Source: a bacterium (GTDB lineage Bacteria; Electryoneota; Electryoneia; Electryoneales; Electryoneaceae). From it: 64,000 bases of DNA. The stretch's first letter is position 1. Each line of letters begins with the position of its first letter. The position numbers and the translations under genes are program-made. The notes under the pieces are model-generated. The model was not told where the DNA came from. It searched no databases and was given only the letters and a program-made list of their open reading frames with translations. The stretch spans positions 1,664,001 through 1,728,000 of the forward strand of contig OY769902.1 in the NCBI GenBank assembly GCA_963669175.1, written 5' to 3'. This document shows, in pieces, positions 28,827 to 39,857 of the stretch.

Positions 28827-30662
28827 ATGAGCGAACATCACTTATACATGATAGCGGCGATTCTGTTGTTCGGGTTGGCAGCGCAATGGATCGCGTGGAA
28901 ATTCAACCTCCCCTCCATCCTGTTGCTGCTCGGTTTCGGGCTGGTTGCGGGACCGTTGACGGGTTGGTTGGACCCGGACAGCCTGTTCGGAGAACTGCTC
29001 TTTCCCTTTGTGACGGTATCCGTAGCGGTGATCCTCTACGAAGGCGGCTTGAGCCTGCGATTCAGTGAAATAAAAACGCATAGTGGAGTTGTGCGGAACC
29101 TGATCACTATTGGCGTATTGGTGCAGTGGGTTCTTGGCACGGTGGCTGCTTACCTGTTGCTTGATATCGGTTTGCAGTTATCGGTGTTGTTGGGAGCGGT
29201 GTTAACCGTGACCGGCCCCACGGTTATCGGGCCATTGCTCCGTTTTGTTCGTCCCAAACGTGATATCGGCTCAATCATCAAATGGGAAGGCATTCTCGAT
29301 GATCCGGTAGGTGCGATGCTGGCAGTCCTTGTGTTTGAGCAGATCCTCGCGGGCAATGTCAGCGGCAATATCCTGGAGATGGCGCTGGGGTTACTGAAAA
29401 CACTTGGAGTAGGTGGCATTGTCGGGGCGATTTCTGCGGCGACTCTCTATTACCTGATGGAGCATGACCTTGTCCCTGATTTCCTGCAGAATCCAATTTC
29501 CCTGGGATTGGTTGTGGGGACGCTTATCGTTGCGAACATGGTGCAGCATGAGGCTGGTTTGCTGGCGGTTACGGTGATGGGCGTCATCATGGCCAACCAG
29601 AAACGTCACCAGGTCCGTCACATTGTCGAGTTCAAAGAAAACCTTCGTCTCCTGCTGATTTCCACACTCTTTATTATCCTTGCCGCTCGTGTCACCATGG
29701 AGGATATACAGGAACTGACCTGGCCGGCGCTCTGGTTTGTGCTGGCGTTGATTTTGGTGATACGCCCGGTGGTGGCGTTTGCATCGACAGTCGGATCGCA
29801 ACTCAACTGGAAGGAACGGTTGTTCATTGGTTGGATGGCGCCGCGAGGTATTGTATCGGCGGCCGTTATTTCCGCATTTGGGCTGGCGTTGGTGAACAAC
29901 GGGATCACCGAGGCGGAGAAGTTGATTTCGCTTACGTTTCTGGTTATTACCGCCACAGTCGTCGTTTATGGATTAACCGCGCGGCCACTGGCGAAGCTGT
30001 TGGGTGTGGGTGCACCTGACCCGCACGGTATCGTGATCGTTGGCGCCCAGGGATGGACACGCAAGATCGCGCTGGCGATACAGGAAGCAGGGGGACGTGT
30101 GCTGGTTGTGGATAACAACGAGCGTCATGTTGAGCTGGCACGTGAAGAGGGATTGGCTGCTACACATATCAATATCCTTGCTGAGAACAAGGTGGAAGAG
30201 CTGGACCTGGATGGGATAGGCATGGCGGCGGCGATGACGACCAATGATGAAGTGAATTCGTTGGCTGCCTTGCACCTGTCGGAATCACTGGGACGGCAGG
30301 CGGTATACCAGCTTCCTCCCGTATCGCATAGAGAAGAAGGACTGAAGCCGAAAGAACGTGTGTCCCGCATGTTACGTGGCCGAATCCTGTTCTGTCCCCA
30401 GGGTAATGGCGATAACCTGGAGCGTCTGATTGACCATGGCGTGGATGTTATCGTCACGCAGGTAGAAGAGAAAACCAACGGGCGTGAGTATGTGAAGAAT
30501 CAACCTGAACTGTTGCCACTTTTTGTTATACGGCCCGGCGCAATCGTAGCGCCTGTCGATTGTGAAAAAGCGACCCCTATTCAGCCTGAGGATAAAATCG
30601 TGTGTCTGTCAGGTGACACTGTTCTGGAATTGAAAAGACAGCCTGTATGTGAGGAAAGTTGA
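28827..30662 (+). CDS. Cation:proton antiporter (CPA1/NhaP-like) with C-terminal TrkA-N domain
   Basis: About 12 TM helices; VTGPTVIGPL, WEGILDDPVG, APRGIVSAA; IVIVGAQ Rossmann-like tail. Confidence 0.9.
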   Translation: MSEHHLYMIAAILLFGLAAQWIAWKFNLPSILLLLGFGLVAGPLTGWLDPDSLFGELLFPFVTVSVAVILYEGGLSLRFSEIKTHSGVVRNLITIGVLVQWVLGTVAAYLLLDIGLQLSVLLGAVLTVTGPTVIGPLLRFVRPKRDIGSIIKWEGILDDPVGAMLAVLVFEQILAGNVSGNILEMALGLLKTLGVGGIVGAISAATLYYLMEHDLVPDFLQNPISLGLVVGTLIVANMVQHEAGLLAVTVMGVIMANQKRHQVRHIVEFKENLRLLLISTLFIILAARVTMEDIQELTWPALWFVLALILVIRPVVAFASTVGSQLNWKERLFIGWMAPRGIVSAAVISAFGLALVNNGITEAEKLISLTFLVITATVVVYGLTARPLAKLLGVGAPDPHGIVIVGAQGWTRKIALAIQEAGGRVLVVDNNERHVELAREEGLAATHINILAENKVEELDLDGIGMAAAMTTNDEVNSLAALHLSESLGRQAVYQLPPVSHREEGLKPKERVSRMLRGRILFCPQGNGDNLERLIDHGVDVIVTQVEEKTNGREYVKNQPELLPLFVIRPGAIVAPVDCEKATPIQPEDKIVCLSGDTVLELKRQPVCEES

Positions 30663-30708
30663 ACGTGACTGAAGTGTATTCAATCATTTTCAGGGACAAC
30701 AAGACAGG

Positions 30709-30746
30709 GAAAACCCGGGATCGGTCAAAATGACCAACCCCGGGTT
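30709..30746. terminator. Bidirectional terminator between convergent genes
   Basis: AAACCCGGG..GGTCA-AAA-TGACC..CCCGGGTTT. Confidence 0.65.
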
Positions 30747-30778
30747 TGTGTTGTTAAATCGAATGCAGCTTGACCTCG

Positions 30779-31050
30779 AGATCCCCGTTCGGGGCCGGGG
30801 ATGACATATTTCCTACTTTTACCGAGGATGACATGGATCCCTGCTTTCACCGGGGATGACATGGATCCCTGCTTTCACCGGGGATGACATGGATCCCTGC
30901 TTTCACCGGGGATGACATGGATCCCTGCTTTCACCGGGGATGACATGGATCCCTGCTTTCACCGGGGATGACATGGATCCCGTTTTCACCGGGGATGACA
31001 TATTTCCTACTTTCACCGGGGATGACATGGATCCCGCTTTCGACAGAATG
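30779..31050. repeat. Tandem array of about ten 27-29-bp palindromic units (GGATCCCTGCTTTCACCGGGGATGACAT)
   Basis: Five identical 28-bp units from 30835 to 30974 flanked by variants; no spacers; resembles GGATTCCCGCTTTCGCGGGAATGAC-type REPs. Confidence 0.9.
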
Positions 31051-31070
31051 GGACTACTGTCACCATGAGC

Positions 31071-33356
31071 TTACAGCTTGTACACATCAACACCCTTCTT
31101 ATCCCACAGGAACATCCTGTCGCCTGCTGAATTGAAGAAGATGTTGGTGTCTTTCGCGTTGCGTTCTTTGCTCTTCCAGATGACGGAACCATCTTCCAGC
31201 GAAATGTAGGTCATCCATTTCTTGTACTGGTACAACAAGCCGCGTTGGGTGATCACCGGTTTGTACTGGATCTTCTTGGTGTTCCAATCCCACTCTGTTT
31301 CCCAAATAGTGTCCCCGGCGATATTCATCTTGATGACCTTTTTCGGGCCGAGGACCAGGAAATCGTTATCATCCAGCATGCGGATACCCAGTTCCATGGT
31401 TGGAGGAGCGTATTCCTTGGTGACAGAATAATGCGAGTAACCTCCCCAATTGCCCTGGTATACGGATGAAGAGCTTGTAAGGATGTAAGGAACGCCTTCT
31501 TTTGCCGAGATCGGGCCGACCAGCTTCTTCAGCTCCTTGGTCCAGACATAATCCCCGTTTTTAATGTCCAGCATACGGATGGTTTCACCGTCAAGGCCAA
31601 GGATTTTCCCGGCATTACGGAAGTATACTTCCTGCATGACATTGAAGGGAAGCTGCTTCTTCTTGGGTTCTTCCATCCAGATTTGTTGCCCTGTCGCTTC
31701 ATCCAGAATGAAATACCCGATCTCCTTGGTCATGGTATGATTATCATTCGATTCCATCCTTCCTGCGTCATGTGTCGGCCACCAGTCGCCGATCCCGATC
31801 TCACCAAAGATGCGTCCGTTGTCGATACGTGTGGCCGTCATCAAGCCGTACTCGGGGCTTTCCCAGACATTTTTACCGGTTTTCAGGTCGAGCTTGATCA
31901 TACGGTTGTTGGCGTTCTGGTATACGTAATCCCAACCATCGAAAATCGGTTCAGGCGTATACCATTGGAACAGAGACGCTGTGGAAGCGGGAACCGGCTT
32001 ACGCCAGTTGGCCTTGGGGATGTATTCGTTCCAATTCTCCCACAACACCCAGTCATTGGTGCGCCACTTGACGTCGCCGGTCATCGGGTCCATCAGGATA
32101 AAGCCTTCACCGCCCGGCTCTTTCCACTGGACCTTGATCCCGGTTTCATCCTGGATTTTGCGTCCCATCAGACCATAGGTGTAAATAAGAACGCCGTAAG
32201 GACAATCCCAGTACACTTCAGTAACATCGTAACGGTTTTTCACTTCCAGGCCAACCAGCGGGATTTTGAAGTAGACACCGGGGGTGGTGTAGTAGGCAAG
32301 GCGGGTGGTATACTTAATCTCGCCTGTCAAGAAGTCCATGCCGTAAGCCAGGACATGAGAACCACCCGGTCCCCAGTTCCAGGTTTCTTCACGCATCGGG
32401 TTATGGTTCTTCACACCAATGACGACCAGAATGCCGTTATCATAGGCCATCACATCGCTGGGCCAGATCACAAATTCTTCACCCGTTTGCCAGACTTCTT
32501 TACCTTCATCGAGGTCAAAAAGTCTCAGTGTTTTTTTCAGGCCAAGCAGGATATAATGCTTGCCTTTGTATTCCAGTGGATCGAGTTCTTCGCCCGGATC
32601 GAGCTCTTCCTCGATATTCCACATGACAGCGCCGGTCTGTAAATTGAAAGCCATGGTCTGGTTTTTACCGAACAGGGCAATTCCGATTTTGCTGATGTTG
32701 CCTGTGGGTGTGTTGTTTTTGTCTGAGAATTTGATGTCGTAGGCGCCAAGGATTTGTCCATTGGTGACATCAATAAGGATGGATTGTTTCTTTCCGATGG
32801 CGAGGATTCTTCCGCCGATATCGTAATCCCAGTAATGGATCGTGGGCACACCTGCTTCGATGTACTTGTCCCACAGATCAGGCGCTTCAATTTCCCAGAT
32901 TTTTTCGCCGGTGTTCGCATTGTACCCGGCCCAGACTTTCTTGAACTCAAGGACAAAGATTCCTTCAAAGTCTATCCGGTCATAATAATCCTTGATTTTG
33001 TATTCAAGCTCTTTTTGCCATTTCAACTCGCCCGTCATCAGGTCATAGGCAAACATCTTATCTTTTTTGGTTGTGTATGTATACAGGCCATCCTGCACTT
33101 CTTCATTGCCGTATACCGGTTCTTCGAGCTCTTTATCCCAGAGCTTTTTCCCACTGTCAGTTTCATACACCCATACATAATCCTCTGAGCGCACCAGGGT
33201 GAGTTTGTCATTCTCACCGATCAGGTACACGTGTTCGATTTTTTTGGATGCGACACTGAATACTACTTCTGGTTCAGGATCTCCGGCGACAGCAGATAAG
33301 CTGAACAGAAATCCGAGAAGCAGAGCCCCCAGTATGACAAATCGTACTCCTCGCAT
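31071..33356 (-). CDS. Secreted PQQ-like (BamB-like) beta-propeller repeat protein
   Basis: Signal peptide; many AxDxxTG..xW repeats (AYDLMTGELKWQ, MDPMTGDVKW, LDLKTGKNVW). Confidence 0.85.
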   Translation of the reverse strand: MRGVRFVILGALLLGFLFSLSAVAGDPEPEVVFSVASKKIEHVYLIGENDKLTLVRSEDYVWVYETDSGKKLWDKELEEPVYGNEEVQDGLYTYTTKKDKMFAYDLMTGELKWQKELEYKIKDYYDRIDFEGIFVLEFKKVWAGYNANTGEKIWEIEAPDLWDKYIEAGVPTIHYWDYDIGGRILAIGKKQSILIDVTNGQILGAYDIKFSDKNNTPTGNISKIGIALFGKNQTMAFNLQTGAVMWNIEEELDPGEELDPLEYKGKHYILLGLKKTLRLFDLDEGKEVWQTGEEFVIWPSDVMAYDNGILVVIGVKNHNPMREETWNWGPGGSHVLAYGMDFLTGEIKYTTRLAYYTTPGVYFKIPLVGLEVKNRYDVTEVYWDCPYGVLIYTYGLMGRKIQDETGIKVQWKEPGGEGFILMDPMTGDVKWRTNDWVLWENWNEYIPKANWRKPVPASTASLFQWYTPEPIFDGWDYVYQNANNRMIKLDLKTGKNVWESPEYGLMTATRIDNGRIFGEIGIGDWWPTHDAGRMESNDNHTMTKEIGYFILDEATGQQIWMEEPKKKQLPFNVMQEVYFRNAGKILGLDGETIRMLDIKNGDYVWTKELKKLVGPISAKEGVPYILTSSSSVYQGNWGGYSHYSVTKEYAPPTMELGIRMLDDNDFLVLGPKKVIKMNIAGDTIWETEWDWNTKKIQYKPVITQRGLLYQYKKWMTYISLEDGSVIWKSKERNAKDTNIFFNSAGDRMFLWDKKGVDVYKL

Positions 33357-33723
33357 AGTACTCCCTCCCTCGTTAAAACGGTTGTAAAAGAACAAAGAAT
33401 AAACGCCTGGTCGAGTGTAGCTGAAAAGTTCTGCCATGAAAGCGAAAAAGGCAAGAGAAGGGATAGTAAAAATAGAAATCGCTGTTGCTTATGTTATCGC
33501 ATGAGAGACTGCGAATTGTGATGCTAATCACAAAAATGAGTAATAAATCCAGCCCCCAAACGGGATTTCGAACATATCACTATTCCCGTTCGTTGTACAA
33601 ATCTTTCGTTCAAGCTGGCGTAATACTATTATCTACTGTATTTTACAAAAATACTACCACACCCGATCCGGTCCTGATGCCTTCCCGGTTGGTCATCCAG
33701 GCTGGATTCTCAGGAGGTTTGGC

Positions 33724-36700
33724 ATGCATCGGTACCGGCTCACGCTGCTGCTTACAGGAATCGTATGCGCTTTTGCCGCGTTCGGTTCAGACTCTACCCG
33801 CGATTTCAGCCTGGAGGAACCGGGGCGACTTGAAAAAGTGCGTATTGCCGCCAACCAGTGGGACGTCATTTTTCACTGGTCACCAGAAGAAATCGTCCTC
33901 TGGAAAACTGCCATTGAAGCCAATACAAGTCTTGATGAGTCAGCAGAAATTTCTTTGCCCGGCCGCCAGATCCTGATCCCGTTCTGTTCGGAGATTGACT
34001 ATTCCATTATAGCACAACGTGTTTCGAATACACCTGTACCTCATGCTGTAGCCGCCCTGATCGAACAGGAACAGGCTGGGGCCATGGTCGAGGCGGGTGA
34101 TCCGGTTGTCTTCCGTGATATTCATGCTGTTCCCCTCCAGGTACGTCCCTACCAAAGGCAGGGAAATTCCTGGTTCCCGGTGGAAGAAATCAGGATCGCA
34201 GTGCGTCGAAACAACCATATACAGGTCAATGGAACTGTATCCCCGGCATTTCTTCCCTTGTACCGTTCTTTCCTGGATGAAGATGAACTGGATGAGCTGG
34301 GCGTGGCGACAGAATCCGGCGGATACATCATTGTCGGCGGAGCAGCATACCTTGAGCAGATGCAGGGGTGGCTGGACTGGAAGCGACAATGCGGTTTTCC
34401 TCTCCATATCATCGAAACGGGCGCATCACCAACCTTCAGCTCTTTAAGAAGCCAGATTGAAACACTTTACCATGATACCGAACCTCGCCCGGAATACCTG
34501 TTGCTTGTCGGTGACCCGCACCTGGGGCCTTCAACCATCCCCGGCGATTATGTTGAAACACTGTATTACGGTGATATCATTACCGATCATCATTATGTAA
34601 CCATTGACGGGAATGATGAATTTCCGGAAATGCTTGTGGGTCGCTGGTCTGTTGTCAACCTGTCTCAATTGCTGGTTTTGTCCGGCAAATCCATGGATTA
34701 TGAGAAGGGTGTCTATTTGCATGATGATCCCACCTGGACGGAAAAGGGTGTGGTCATTTGCGACAATAATTACAATTCGGTTGGCTATACCACGACCTGG
34801 CTGCGTCAACAAATGCTTGAAAATGGCTATACGCAGGTTGATTCTTTCTGGGCGCCGCCCACTTCCGCTGCGGCCCCAATCATTAACTCAATAAACCAGG
34901 GACGAGGCTGGGTCTCCTATCGTGGCTTCGGATCCACAACCGGATGGACCGAGCCGAATTTTCATGTTGAAGATTTGTCCGGATTGACCAATGATGGCAT
35001 GACCCCGTTTGTCACGGGCATCGTGTGTGGTTGCGGACGTTTTGATGATGACACCGATCCCTGTCTTGGGGAAGCCATGACCAGGATGGGCACGGTTTCT
35101 ACTCCGACGGGTGCGGTTGGCTTCATCGGACCAACGGAAATAGACACCCACACCCGTTGGAATAACTGCAATGTCAGGGGAATTTTCACCGGTGTGCTTT
35201 GGGAAGGCGTTCAGACAATGGGCGCGGCCATGCTGCGCGGAAAAATGAACATCTGGAATAACTTTCCGGGAAGCCGTGATCCAGGCTATTCGACCAATTC
35301 GGCGCGTTTCTATTTTGATTGTTACAACCTTCTCGGTGATCCAGGGGTGATGATCAGAACCGGGTGCGCCATTTCCCTCCAGCTTACCCTGCCGGATACG
35401 CTTGGAATAAATACGCAGACACTCGCAACAAGAGTGACCCTGCCGAATCAACAGCCTGTTGAAAACGCACGGGTGACTGTATTTGGTGAAAACGGAACAA
35501 GCAGTTCAATGCTTTCTGCTGCAGATGGGTTTGCCTGGTTTGATGTGTCCGATTGGACATCCGTAGCCTCACAACTGAAGGTGACTGCCGTTATCCGGAA
35601 TGGTATCGCGGTTGAAGACAGTGTGATGATTGATGTTCCCGAGCTTGCCATTTCCCTGGATGATCTGACTTCCGAAAGCCCGGTTTATGCTGGCGAGATG
35701 GTTACCATGACAGCCTATCTAAGTTCGGTGGGTTCTGCTTCAGGAATTGCCTCTGCTGTGTTGCAGGTCATGGACCCATCTATCGAAATCACAGGAAACG
35801 ATCAATGGCAGTTCGATCTCGATGACCCAGTTGATCCACTGGAATTTACCATCTCGATACCCTCTACCATGCTTGATGGTTATGATCCGGGATTGACGCT
35901 GCTGGTGCTCGCTGGCGGTGAAATGGTGCAGGTCAGGTTGCCCGTCGTCATCCAGGCCCCATGTGTGGAAACGTATGATGACAGCCTGATAGTTGGGCGA
36001 CCGGGTGACGCCGTAGCGCTACCGTTGATCTATTATAATAATGGTCACAGGACAGTAGACGGAACTTTTGAATTCACCATTGAGTCGCCAGGGGTAAATC
36101 TGCTCAGCAGTGAAGTACAACTCCCCCAGATGCTCGCGCCGGGTGACAGTATTGTATTTTCCGATCAACTTATTGTCTCAGTGGACCCAGCATCGTATCC
36201 CGGTGACAGGTACACTCTTGCTTGGGAGTTTACCGGCCAGCCGGAATATGAAGTTTCCGGAGAAATCAAGATTATAACGGGCGCTCAACAGTTGAATGAC
36301 CCTTATGGTCCGGATAGCTACGGATATCGCGCTTTTGATAATACGGACACATGTTATTGGCATGCGCCCCTGTTTGACTGGTTTGAAATCAACCCCTATG
36401 AGGGAGGTTGTGGAGTGTCCCTTGCTTTACAGGATTTCGGTCGGGAACAGGATGCTTCCACTTTGAGACAATTACCATTCGACTTCACGTATTACGGTGA
36501 AACGTATAACCAGGTCACAATTTGCAGCAATGGCTGGCTGGTCATGGGAGAAACGGACCAGGTTTACTATCTGAACTGGCCGTTGGATGAAGGGATGACG
36601 CCACCGAATATGATAGCGCCGTTATGGGATGATCTAAACAGAACTTCCGGTGATATTTGCGTAGCCTACGATGAAGAAGGGGATCGCTATATCATTGAGT

Positions 36701-38460
36701 GGTCAGGGTTGAACCAGGAGGGGGCAAGTGGTCAGGACCACCTGGTATCGCTGCAGGCAGTGCTTTACAACCCGCAGTCCTACCCGACGTCGTCAGGAGA
36801 TGGAATCATCGATTTTTACTACCTGGCGGTTCAGGACGGGATCATGGATGAGAACGGTGCGACCGTAGGAATCAGAAACCGTGCTGGCGATGCCTGTCTC
36901 CAGTTGCGTTACTACAACGACGGACCAGATGCTGTGCTGCCGTTTGGACCGGGAACAGCATACCGTTTCGCTACAGGGGCAACTCCTGACGGTTTCGCGG
37001 TACGGATGCTGGACTACCGGATCTTTGATGATGGAAGCTATGGCAGCGGTGGAGATGGTGATGGTAATGCCGACAATGGCGATACCCTGGCTGTCAGAAT
37101 GCGTGTGAAGAATTATGGCGCAGTTGCCTCCGGCGAACTTGAGCTGACCGCTTCAACCAGCGGGGAGCATGTCTTGTTGCTGGATAGCCTTGTTTCCATT
37201 CCAGCTCTGGAGGCCGGTGAATCGGTTTACCTTGATCAAGTGGTTCGGTTCAAGGTTGATGATCACATTTCCGACGGCGACTGGGTTCGTGTCAGCATAC
37301 AGATTTCTGATGACGATTCTGTGTACACACGACAGGCTTTTTCGTTTGAAGCCTATGCGCCGTCCTTAAAGCTCGCTGAAACCTGCCTCTATGATGATCC
37401 TCCCGGCGGGAATGGAAATGGACGTGTCCAGGCCGGCGAAGATGTGCAGGTTGCCCTCAATATGCGTAATTCCGGACGCAATGATGCCGGTAGGGTGACC
37501 GCATCACTGGGTAGCCATAACGACTGGGCGCTGGTACACAGTGGAACAGCGACCATTGATGCGGTTCCCCAAGGCCAGTCACTCCCGTTTTCTCCCATGT
37601 TTGACATCGAGATAACCGATGCCGCCCCGATGCCAACACTGCTGCAGATGCCCTTAACGATTTCAATTGATGGGGAAGTGTCCGGCCACGAAGTTCTTGA
37701 GCTGGGAATTGATGACGGAATCTATTATGAACCGTTTGGCCATGATGCTGATATGCACTGGTATCTGGAAGGGGATTGGCATATCAGTTCCGTGCGTGCC
37801 ATCTCTGGGAACCGTAGTCTTCGCTGGGGAGATCAATCCGGAATGTGGTATACCGGTGGCGCCTATGAAGAAGCGGTTTCGGATACTTTCCGTGTCAATC
37901 CGGGAGATAGGATTGAATACTGGGCGAATTACGCAATCCAGGGCGGATTCGTCCTGCTCAAACTGATTCGTGTTGGTCAGGATACGATAGTAATATCCAA
38001 TATGAATGGCTTTTCGAACGGATGGGTAAATCGGGATCGATATCTTCAGGTCAACCGGGAGAATATGCTGGCCAAATTGCAACTACGTACAACCGTGTAT
38101 TATGAGGATGGAACCGGAACCGGGTTCCATATTGATGATATCCATATCTATAACCCTTCCGGCATCGAGGATGAGGAAAATCATGTAACCATCCCGGAAC
38201 AGTGGCAGGTTCTCGGGCCTTACCCGAACCCGTTTAACCCGGAAACCCGAATAACCCTGGCAATGCCGGTTGCAGATAATGTATCTGTGGATGTGTTTGA
38301 TGTGCTGGGCAGACATGTGACCAGGCTGGAACAGGGACGTCTGGCTGCGGGGTATCATGAACTGGTCTGGAAGCCGGATGTCGCGTCCGGTATTTATTTC
38401 ATGAAGGTGAACACAACGTCTGGATTTACGACTGTAAAGAAATTAACATTTATACGGTGA
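33724..38460 (+). CDS. Peptidase C25 (gingipain-like) multidomain protein with T9SS/FlgD-Ig CTD
   Basis: WKRQCG, YLLLVGD, TDHHY, VGRWS, CLGEA, YNLLGDP; GPDSYGY; C-terminal PYPNPFNP..VFDVLGR..ASGIYF. Confidence 0.9.
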   Translation: MHRYRLTLLLTGIVCAFAAFGSDSTRDFSLEEPGRLEKVRIAANQWDVIFHWSPEEIVLWKTAIEANTSLDESAEISLPGRQILIPFCSEIDYSIIAQRVSNTPVPHAVAALIEQEQAGAMVEAGDPVVFRDIHAVPLQVRPYQRQGNSWFPVEEIRIAVRRNNHIQVNGTVSPAFLPLYRSFLDEDELDELGVATESGGYIIVGGAAYLEQMQGWLDWKRQCGFPLHIIETGASPTFSSLRSQIETLYHDTEPRPEYLLLVGDPHLGPSTIPGDYVETLYYGDIITDHHYVTIDGNDEFPEMLVGRWSVVNLSQLLVLSGKSMDYEKGVYLHDDPTWTEKGVVICDNNYNSVGYTTTWLRQQMLENGYTQVDSFWAPPTSAAAPIINSINQGRGWVSYRGFGSTTGWTEPNFHVEDLSGLTNDGMTPFVTGIVCGCGRFDDDTDPCLGEAMTRMGTVSTPTGAVGFIGPTEIDTHTRWNNCNVRGIFTGVLWEGVQTMGAAMLRGKMNIWNNFPGSRDPGYSTNSARFYFDCYNLLGDPGVMIRTGCAISLQLTLPDTLGINTQTLATRVTLPNQQPVENARVTVFGENGTSSSMLSAADGFAWFDVSDWTSVASQLKVTAVIRNGIAVEDSVMIDVPELAISLDDLTSESPVYAGEMVTMTAYLSSVGSASGIASAVLQVMDPSIEITGNDQWQFDLDDPVDPLEFTISIPSTMLDGYDPGLTLLVLAGGEMVQVRLPVVIQAPCVETYDDSLIVGRPGDAVALPLIYYNNGHRTVDGTFEFTIESPGVNLLSSEVQLPQMLAPGDSIVFSDQLIVSVDPASYPGDRYTLAWEFTGQPEYEVSGEIKIITGAQQLNDPYGPDSYGYRAFDNTDTCYWHAPLFDWFEINPYEGGCGVSLALQDFGREQDASTLRQLPFDFTYYGETYNQVTICSNGWLVMGETDQVYYLNWPLDEGMTPPNMIAPLWDDLNRTSGDICVAYDEEGDRYIIEWSGLNQEGASGQDHLVSLQAVLYNPQSYPTSSGDGIIDFYYLAVQDGIMDENGATVGIRNRAGDACLQLRYYNDGPDAVLPFGPGTAYRFATGATPDGFAVRMLDYRIFDDGSYGSGGDGDGNADNGDTLAVRMRVKNYGAVASGELELTASTSGEHVLLLDSLVSIPALEAGESVYLDQVVRFKVDDHISDGDWVRVSIQISDDDSVYTRQAFSFEAYAPSLKLAETCLYDDPPGGNGNGRVQAGEDVQVALNMRNSGRNDAGRVTASLGSHNDWALVHSGTATIDAVPQGQSLPFSPMFDIEITDAAPMPTLLQMPLTISIDGEVSGHEVLELGIDDGIYYEPFGHDADMHWYLEGDWHISSVRAISGNRSLRWGDQSGMWYTGGAYEEAVSDTFRVNPGDRIEYWANYAIQGGFVLLKLIRVGQDTIVISNMNGFSNGWVNRDRYLQVNRENMLAKLQLRTTVYYEDGTGTGFHIDDIHIYNPSGIEDEENHVTIPEQWQVLGPYPNPFNPETRITLAMPVADNVSVDVFDVLGRHVTRLEQGRLAAGYHELVWKPDVASGIYFMKVNTTSGFTTVKKLTFIR

Positions 38461-38485
38461 GCACATTTCATGAGCTGAGGTTAGG

Positions 38486-39082
38486 ATGGAGATAGATCTT
38501 TGGCAGGCAATCCTTGGCGTGATCATAGGATTGGGGCTTTCGGCGGCATGCGGATTCAGGATTCTGTTACCGCCATTTCTCATGGGGTTGGCGGTAAAAG
38601 CGGGCATGCTGCATCTGTCGGACGGGTTCTTGTGGATGGGGAGCTGGCTGGCGATCATCGCTTTCGGTGTGGCAAGTTTGTTTGAAATTCTGGCCTACTT
38701 TATCCCGTGGGTCGATAACATGCTGGACACCATTTCCACACCGACAGCCATCATTGCCGGTGTTCTGGTTACTGCGGCGGCCGCGGGTGAGATGACGCCG
38801 TTACTCAAATGGAGTCTCGCGGTCATCGGTGGTGGATCGGCAGCCGGGCTGGTGCAGGGATCGACTGTCGCGGTACGGGCGATCTCTACCGGGACAACTG
38901 GAGGACTGGCGAATCCGCTTGTTTCTCTTGTCGAAGTGGGGCTGGCCGGAGTGATGTCGGTGGTTGCGATTGTAGCGCCGGTGTTGGGCGCTATTCTGCT
39001 GGTTGTCGTGATCGGATTCGCGATTAATCGTATCCTGGCGTGGCGCAGGAAAAAACGTGCGAAAGTAGTTGTGGTATCTTAG
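38486..39082 (+). CDS. DUF4126-family membrane protein
   Basis: GLGLSAACGFR, EILAYFIPWVDNMLD, GGLANPLVSLVE. Confidence 0.85.
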   Translation: MEIDLWQAILGVIIGLGLSAACGFRILLPPFLMGLAVKAGMLHLSDGFLWMGSWLAIIAFGVASLFEILAYFIPWVDNMLDTISTPTAIIAGVLVTAAAAGEMTPLLKWSLAVIGGGSAAGLVQGSTVAVRAISTGTTGGLANPLVSLVEVGLAGVMSVVAIVAPVLGAILLVVVIGFAINRILAWRRKKRAKVVVVS

Positions 39083-39128
39083 ATATTCATGATTAGAGAG
39101 GGATCAAACTACCCGAAAGTGTCCGCAG

Positions 39129-39368
39129 GAAAATCGGGACTGCTACACTTTTCCGCCAAAGACATTACCAGAACACAAGATCAGAAAGAAACTGGTTGAC
39201 CAAAGAATACTGATCTTCAAATAAAAACGGCAGAAAAGGTAGCTGTCCCAGGATTTTCGGTAAATATTGCACTATAGCAGGCGAAAAATCCGGTACAGCT
39301 ACTTTTTCGGAAACTCTAGATTAAAATCCTGATTTGACAAAGATGAAAAGGTAGCAGTCCCATTTTTC
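39129..39368. repeat. Four alternating REP-like palindromes (GAAAA..GTAGCAGTCCC..TTTTC family)
   Basis: Copies at about 39129, 39233, 39283 and 39345 in alternating orientation. Confidence 0.75.
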
Positions 39369-39505
39369 GCAGCCAACCTGTCATCCCGGATTGCCGGTTC
39401 AATGAGACGATCGACAGGCAACAATAATCCTTTCATCCATCATCATTTCTTTGTTGGCTATAGACACTTCTCCACAGACGAAACAGCGCGGCATCTTTCA
39501 GACAT

Positions 39506-39536
39506 AAAAATACCGGACCTCGAGGTCCGGTAAAAA
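39506..39536. terminator. Terminator hairpin
   Basis: TACCGGACCTCGAGGTCCGGTA palindrome with A-runs, downstream of the 39557 gene. Confidence 0.6.
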
Positions 39537-39556
39537 CTCTCCGTTGTTGAAGCCTT

Positions 39557-39751
39557 TTATTCTTCAACAGCCGGAATGCTTGCGTTGAGCGCGGCTCGTC
39601 CCTGGTCACTGATCTGTACCGTATCCGGTCCACTCATCAGCGAGCTTGACTGTCCCTGCGCATTGCCAGGCTCGACATTCTGGTAAAGCCCATCCGCCGT
39701 TGCCTTCTGCACATCCAACGCATTTCCCAGGCCAGCTATGGCACCGGTCAT
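39557..39751 (-). CDS. Small hypothetical protein with DxVxIS motif (64 aa)
   Basis: RBS AAGGAGG before MTGAIAG; DTVQISDQGRAAL motif. Confidence 0.6.
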   Translation of the reverse strand: MTGAIAGLGNALDVQKATADGLYQNVEPGNAQGQSSSLMSGPDTVQISDQGRAALNASIPAVEE

Positions 39752-39857
39752 AAGCGCCTCCTTTCGTAGAGAACCCTTGCTGGACCACGTTGTGCGGTCC
39801 TTCCGCAACATGATCCAGGCAGCAGGTCCGCTAAAAGGCGCCTGTTATTACTATCGC

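Noticed and set aside
30779-31050. CRISPR array
   Set aside because: Units are contiguous with no unique spacers, and no cas genes are in the window.
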